From Longivirga aurantiaca (lineage in GTDB: Bacteria; Actinomycetota; Actinomycetes; S36-B12; CAIYMF01): a DNA stretch of 32,000 nt. Made by a program: the position numbers and the translations under genes. The DNA lies in assembly GCF_042660085.1 (NCBI RefSeq), contig NZ_JBHSTI010000002.1:360001-392000 (forward strand). Direction: 5' to 3'. Numbering within the stretch: the stretch's first letter is position 1; each line of letters starts with the position of its first letter. Positions 27,045 to 32,000 of the stretch are shown piece by piece. The notes under the pieces are model-generated. The model did not search any database. It saw nothing but the letters and a program-made list of their open reading frames with translations, and was not told the origin of the DNA.

Positions 27045-27615
27045 CGGCTGTCCGGCGCGGCGGGAGGAGGTCGGGCAGCGCCGAGTGCACGCCGCGCGCG
27101 ACGAGCGCTGCCACCACCATCTTCACGAGGTCGCCGGGGATGTAGATGGCGAGGAGCGCCAGTGCGGCCGCCGGTGCGTTGCCGCCCAGGGTCATCAGGC
27201 TGATCCAGCCGCCCAGGTAGAGCACGAGCGAGCCCACGACGTTGAAGGGGATGCCGTAGCGCACCTGGTACGGCGCCCCGCGGCGCTCGGTCAGCAGTCC
27301 GACGACCAGGGCCGCGAACGGGAAGGCCCAGAGGAACCCGGCGTACGGCGTGGTGAACACGCCGAAGCCGCCGCGGCCTCCGGAGAGGAGGGGGAGCCCG
27401 ATCGCCACGAGGGCGAGGAACAGCGCGACCGACAGGAAGCCACGGCGCGCGCCGAGCACGGCGCCCGCGAGCACGACGCCCATCGACTGCAGCGTGATCG
27501 GGGCAGGGAACCCGGGGACGAACACTGCGGGCACCAGGCCGAGGGCTGCGATGACGCCGGCGAAGACGGCGACGAGGGCGAGGTCGCGCGCGGGGCGTCG
27601 GGCAGGAGCGGTCAC
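27019..27615 (-). CDS. bioY: Biotin transporter substrate-binding (S) component BioY
   Basis: GFPAPITLQSMGVVLAGAVLGARRGFLSVALFLALVAIGLPLLSGGRGG...LGGWISLM...YIPGDLVKMVVAALVARGV. Confidence 0.95.
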   Translation of the reverse strand: MTAPARRPARDLALVAVFAGVIAALGLVPAVFVPGFPAPITLQSMGVVLAGAVLGARRGFLSVALFLALVAIGLPLLSGGRGGFGVFTTPYAGFLWAFPFAALVVGLLTERRGAPYQVRYGIPFNVVGSLVLYLGGWISLMTLGGNAPAAALALLAIYIPGDLVKMVVAALVARGVHSALPDLLPPRRTADEPVDVTA

Positions 27616-28075
27616 AGGATCCTCCGGGGCGGACGGGGTCGGGCAGAGGCAGGCTACGGCCGCCGTGATCCCCGGCGGGAGCCGCCTGCGGCTCGCCGGG
27701 TGGAGCGGTCGCTACGGAGAAGGTTCCGGGACCGGTGTCGAAGACCCGTCCCAGGTTCTCCTCAGGTGCTGCCGCCGCCCGCCGATGGGGCGACAAGGAC
27801 CGGTCTGGCCGGCCCGCATCACGGCATCGGTGCACGGAGGCACCCCGCATGACGACTCTCACCCTGGATCGCGACGAGCGTGGACGGCGCCGCGGCGATC
27901 GCCGGCCAGATGCTGGCGCTGCCCGTTGCCGACGTGGCGCTGCCGGGCGGCGGCGTCGTGAGCGCTGACGCCTGATCCCACCGCGCAGCCACGGCCGCGA
28001 CATCCTTGCCCCTCGGGTCACTGCGCCGGAGGATGAGCCTCTCCGGTCATGGCGGCCGGTGCAGGAGGCTGGGCG

Positions 28076-28534
28076 ATGACGACGCAGTGGTCGGCCGAGG
28101 CGGCTGCGCGCGTGATCGCCGAGCACTCCGGCGTTCGCGGCCCCTTGCTGCCGGTGCTGCACGCGCTGCAGGAGGAGTTCGGCTACGTCGACCCCGCCGC
28201 GGTGCCGCTCGTCGCGAAGGCCCTGAACCTGTCGCGCGCCGACGTGCACGGCGTCCTCACGTTCTACTCCGACTTCCGTACGACACCCCCGGGGCGCCGC
28301 CGCGTCGGGGTGTGCCGGGGTGAGGCCTGCCAGTCAGTCGGCGGCCGGTCGCTCGCCGAGCACGCCACGTCGTCCCTCGGCATCCCGATGGGGGGGACGA
28401 CTCCGGACGGCGGGGTGAGCCTCGACCAGGTGTTCTGCCTCGGGCTCTGCTCGGTCGCGCCGGCCGTCCTCGTGGACGGCCGAGGCGTCGGCCGCGTGGA
28501 TGCCGCGACGTTCGACGGGCTGGTGTCGTCGTGA
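28076..28534 (+). CDS. fdsG: NAD-dependent formate dehydrogenase gamma subunit (NuoE-like, 2Fe-2S)
   Basis: LLPVLHALQEEFGYVDPAAVPLVAKALNLSRADVHGVLTFYSDFRTTPPGR, VCRGEACQSVGG, VFCLGLCSVAPAVLVDG. Confidence 0.92.
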   Translation: MTTQWSAEAAARVIAEHSGVRGPLLPVLHALQEEFGYVDPAAVPLVAKALNLSRADVHGVLTFYSDFRTTPPGRRRVGVCRGEACQSVGGRSLAEHATSSLGIPMGGTTPDGGVSLDQVFCLGLCSVAPAVLVDGRGVGRVDAATFDGLVSS

Positions 28535-30114
28535 CCACCACCGTCTACGTGCCCGGCGACTCCGCGGCCCGCGCCGTCGGAGCTGATGCCGTCGTGGTCG
28601 CGCTCGAGTCCGAGGCTGTGCTGCGCGGGCTCGACCTGCGCATCGTGCGCAACGGATCGCGCGGGCTGCACTGGCTCGAGCCGCTGGTCGAGGTGTCGAC
28701 GCCGTCGGGACGGGTCGCCTACGGGCCCGTGACGGCAACCGACGTCGCGGGCCTGCTCGACGCCGGGATGCTCGACGGGGCGACCCATCCGCTGGGCCAC
28801 GGCCCCACCGACTCCCTCGACTGGCTGGCCCGGCAGCAGCGCGTCACGTTCGCACGGGTCGGCGTGGTCGACCCGCTGTCGGCGTCGGACTACGAGGCGC
28901 ACGGGGGCCTCGCGGGTCTGCGCGCGGCGCTGGCGATGGCTCCCTCCGACGTGGTGGCCGCGGTGACCGACAGCGGCCTGCGCGGCCGTGGCGGCGCAGG
29001 CTTCCCCGCAGGCATCAAGTGGCGCACGGTGGCCGACGCCCGGTCGACGGTGAAGTTCGTCGTCGCCAACGCCGACGAGGGCGACAGCGGCACCTTCGCC
29101 GACCGCATGCTCATGGAGGGCGATCCCTTCACCCTCATCGAGGGCATGGCTATCGCGGCGTACGCCGTCGGCGCGGGCGAGGGCTTCGTCTACATCCGGT
29201 CGGAGTACCCGGACGCCGTCCGCGTGATGCGCCGTGCGATCGAGGCAGCGACGGACGCGGGCTGGCTGGGCGCCGACGTTCTCGGCAGCGGCTTCTCGTT
29301 CGACCTGCAGGTGCGCGTGGGCGCCGGCGCCTACATCTGCGGCGAGGAGACCGCGATGCTCGACAGCATCGAGGGCAAGCGCGGCATGGTGCGGGCGAAG
29401 CCGCCGCTGCCCGCGCTGTCCGGGCTGTTCGGCCGACCGACCGTCATCAACAACGTGCTCACGCTCGCGACCGTGCCGATGGTGCTGGCGCAGGGGGCCG
29501 GGGCCTACGCGTCTCTGGGGATCGGGCGCTCCCGTGGCACCCAGGTCTTCCAGCTCGCCGGCAACGTCGCGCAGGGCGGCATCGTCGAGACGGCGTTCGG
29601 GCTGTCGCTGCGCGACCTCGTCGAGGGCTACGGCGGCGGCACGGCGTCCGGTCGCGCGGTGAAGGCGGTGCAGGTGGGCGGGCCGCTCGGCGCGTACGTG
29701 CCGGCATCCGGCCTCGACGTCGCGATGGGGTACGAGGAGCTCGCCGCCACGGGCGCGATGCTCGGGCACGGCGGTGTCGTGGTGTTCGACGACACCGCCG
29801 ACATGGGGCAGCAGGCCCGGTTCGCGATGGAGTTCTGCGCCGAGGAGTCGTGCGGCAAGTGCACACCGTGCCGCGTCGGCGCGGTGCGCGGGGTCGAGGT
29901 GATCGACCGCATCCTCGTCGGCCCGCCCGAGTCGCGGCGTGACGAGCTGGCCGTCCTCGAGGACCTCTGCGAGCTCATGGCCGACGGCTCGCTGTGCGCG
30001 ATGGGCGGGCTGACGCCCAACCCCGTGCGCAGCGTGATCCGGCACTTCCCTGCCGAGCTCGGCCTCGAACCGCTGGTCGAGGCGCCCACCCTGGGGGAGA
30101 GTGGGCAGCGATGA
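28531..30114 (+). CDS. fdsB: NAD-dependent formate dehydrogenase beta subunit (NuoF-like)
   Basis: SGLRGRGGAGFPAGIKWRTVADA, ANADEGDSGTFADRMLMEGDP, GAGAYICGEETAMLDSIEG, EESCGKCTPCRVGAVRG. Confidence 0.95.
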   Translation: MTTTVYVPGDSAARAVGADAVVVALESEAVLRGLDLRIVRNGSRGLHWLEPLVEVSTPSGRVAYGPVTATDVAGLLDAGMLDGATHPLGHGPTDSLDWLARQQRVTFARVGVVDPLSASDYEAHGGLAGLRAALAMAPSDVVAAVTDSGLRGRGGAGFPAGIKWRTVADARSTVKFVVANADEGDSGTFADRMLMEGDPFTLIEGMAIAAYAVGAGEGFVYIRSEYPDAVRVMRRAIEAATDAGWLGADVLGSGFSFDLQVRVGAGAYICGEETAMLDSIEGKRGMVRAKPPLPALSGLFGRPTVINNVLTLATVPMVLAQGAGAYASLGIGRSRGTQVFQLAGNVAQGGIVETAFGLSLRDLVEGYGGGTASGRAVKAVQVGGPLGAYVPASGLDVAMGYEELAATGAMLGHGGVVVFDDTADMGQQARFAMEFCAEESCGKCTPCRVGAVRGVEVIDRILVGPPESRRDELAVLEDLCELMADGSLCAMGGLTPNPVRSVIRHFPAELGLEPLVEAPTLGESGQR

Positions 30115-32000
30115 GCATCATCGATCTCGGCACCCCGGCCGTCCCGGGCGAGCGCACGGTCGACGTCGTCGTTGACGGCGTCCCGGTCTTCGTCGCGCCC
30201 GGCACGTCGGTCATGCGCGCAGCGGCCGAGGCCGGCGTGGCGATCCCCAAGCTCTGCGCCACCGACTCGCTGGACGCGTTCGGCTCGTGCCGCCTCTGCC
30301 TCGTCGAGGTCGAGGGCAGGCCCGGCACCCCGGCGTCGTGCACCACGCCCTGCACCCCGGGCATGCGCGTGCAGACGCAGACGCCGAAGGTCGAGAAGCT
30401 GCGCCGCGGGGTCATGGAGCTCTACATCTCCGACCACCCGCTCGACTGCCTCACCTGCCCGGCGAACGGTGACTGCGAGCTGCAGGACATGGCCGGCGTC
30501 GTCGGTCTGCGCGAGGTCCGCTACGGCATGGACGGCGCCAACCACCTCGACGCCCCCACCGACGACAGCAACCCGTACTTCTCGTTCGACGCGAGCAAGT
30601 GCATCGCCTGCTCGCGGTGCGTGCGCGCCTGCGGCGAGACGCAGGGCACCTTCGCCCTCACGATCGAGGGGCGCGGGTTCGCGTCGAAGGTGTCGGCGAG
30701 CGCCGCCGAGCCGTTCATGTCGAGCGAGTGCGTCTCGTGCGGCGCGTGCGTGCAGGCGTGCCCGACGTCGACACTGCAGGAGAAGACGGTCATCGACCTG
30801 GGCACGCCGACCCGCAGCGTGAAGACGACGTGCGCCTACTGCGGCGTCGGCTGCTCGTTCGTCGCCGAGCTGCGCGGCGACCAGCTCGTGCGCATGGTTC
30901 CCGACAAGGACGGCGGCGCGAACGCCGGCCACAGCTGCGTCAAGGGCCGCTTCGCCTGGGGCTACGCCACGCACCGAGACCGCCAGCTCGAGCCGATGGT
31001 GCGGGGCTCGATCGCCGACGAGTGGCGCGTCGTCTCGTGGGACGAGGCGATCGCCTACGCCGCCGAGCGGTTTCTGGCGATCCAGCGCGACCACGGGGTC
31101 GGCGCGATCGGCGGAATCACCTCGTCGCGCTGCACCAACGAGGAGGTGTACGTCGTCCAGAAGATGATCCGGGCGGCGTTCGGCAACAACAACGTCGACA
31201 CCTGCGCCCGCGTCTGCCACTCGCCCACGGGATACGGGCTCAAGCAGACCTTCGGCACCTCGGCCGGGACGCAGGACTTCGAGTCGGTCGCGCACTCCGA
31301 CGTCATCGTGGTGATCGGCGCGAACCCCACCGACGGGCACCCGGTGTTCGCGTCGCGGATGAAGAAGCGACTGCGTGCCGGGGCGAAGCTCATCGTGATC
31401 GACCCGAGGCGCATCGACCTCGTGCGGTCCCCGCACGTGGAGGCGGCGTACCACCTGCAGCTGCAGCCGGGCACGAACGTCGCGATCGTCAACGCGATCG
31501 CGCACGTGGTGGTGACCGAGGGCCTGGTCGACCGGGACTTCGTCGCCGCCCGCTGCGAGGACGACTCGTTCGCGCAGTGGGAGACGTTCATCGCGCAGCC
31601 CGAGAACAGCCCGGAGGCGCTCGAGGCCGTCACCGGCGTGCCCGCTGCCGACGTGCGTGCCGCGGCACGGCTCTTCGCGACCGGGGGCAACGCCGCGATC
31701 TACTACGGCCTCGGCGTCACCGAGCACAGCCAGGGCTCGACCATGGTGATGGGCATGGCCAACCTCGCGATGGCTACGGGCAACATCGGCCGCACAGGCG
31801 TGGGCGTCAACCCGCTGCGCGGGCAGAACAACGTGCAGGGCTCGTGCGACATGGGCTCGTTCCCGCACGAGCTCCCCGGCTACCGGCACGTGAGCGACCC
31901 GGCCGTGCGCGGGATCTTCGAGGCCGTATGGGGCCGCGCGATCGACCCCGAGCCGGGCCTGCGCATCCCCAACATGCTCGACGCCGCCATCGCCGGCCGC
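30111..32000 (+). CDS. fdsA: Formate dehydrogenase alpha subunit, molybdopterin oxidoreductase with N-terminal Fe-S domains; truncated by the window edge
   Basis: Open frame from ATG 30111 to the window end, missing from the ORF track. GSCRLCLVEVEGRPG, LDCLTCPANGDCELQ, KCIACSRCVRACGE, CVSCGACVQACPTSTL, TTCAYCGVGCSF, DTCARVCHSPTGYGLKQTFG. Confidence 0.95.
   Translation, partial: MSIIDLGTPAVPGERTVDVVVDGVPVFVAPGTSVMRAAAEAGVAIPKLCATDSLDAFGSCRLCLVEVEGRPGTPASCTTPCTPGMRVQTQTPKVEKLRRGVMELYISDHPLDCLTCPANGDCELQDMAGVVGLREVRYGMDGANHLDAPTDDSNPYFSFDASKCIACSRCVRACGETQGTFALTIEGRGFASKVSASAAEPFMSSECVSCGACVQACPTSTLQEKTVIDLGTPTRSVKTTCAYCGVGCSFVAELRGDQLVRMVPDKDGGANAGHSCVKGRFAWGYATHRDRQLEPMVRGSIADEWRVVSWDEAIAYAAERFLAIQRDHGVGAIGGITSSRCTNEEVYVVQKMIRAAFGNNNVDTCARVCHSPTGYGLKQTFGTSAGTQDFESVAHSDVIVVIGANPTDGHPVFASRMKKRLRAGAKLIVIDPRRIDLVRSPHVEAAYHLQLQPGTNVAIVNAIAHVVVTEGLVDRDFVAARCEDDSFAQWETFIAQPENSPEALEAVTGVPAADVRAAARLFATGGNAAIYYGLGVTEHSQGSTMVMGMANLAMATGNIGRTGVGVNPLRGQNNVQGSCDMGSFPHELPGYRHVSDPAVRGIFEAVWGRAIDPEPGLRIPNMLDAAIAGR

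Overview
High-GC actinobacterial chromosomal segment (Cellulomonas/Micrococcales-like by gene content; taxonomy is inference). It carries mostly housekeeping and accessory metabolism genes: an MFS transporter, an orphan ParA plus basic partner, photolyase, a DtxR-family regulator, and a membrane GGDEF protein. It continues with a c-di-AMP (ydaO-type) riboswitch ahead of an NlpC/P60 hydrolase, a tandem RNase III-like protein, an SDR, and a TmsA/TmsB-like 10-methyl fatty acid pair. Next come a secreted sortase-like protein, mobA-DUF6457-fdhD, a class A beta-lactamase-like serine hydrolase, WS/DGAT, an SRPBCC-like protein, a BacNav-like ion channel, and TerC behind a probable yybP-ykoY Mn riboswitch. 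The remainder is a DUF222-HNH endonuclease gene bracketed by two related 54-nt palindromes, an acyl-CoA dehydrogenase, a bioY/ligase/thiolase/bioM/bioN operon, and a NAD-type formate dehydrogenase operon running off the right edge. The most noteworthy items are the palindrome-flanked DUF222-HNH unit with a His-rich insert and adjacent broken ORF, the asymmetric tandem RNase III-like protein, the secreted sortase-like protein, and the biotin-transporter operon with embedded thiolase and ligase. Many track ORFs are spurious high-GC shadow frames. No CRISPR array, rRNA, tRNA or prophage was found. All calls come from reading motifs by eye; no database search was run.
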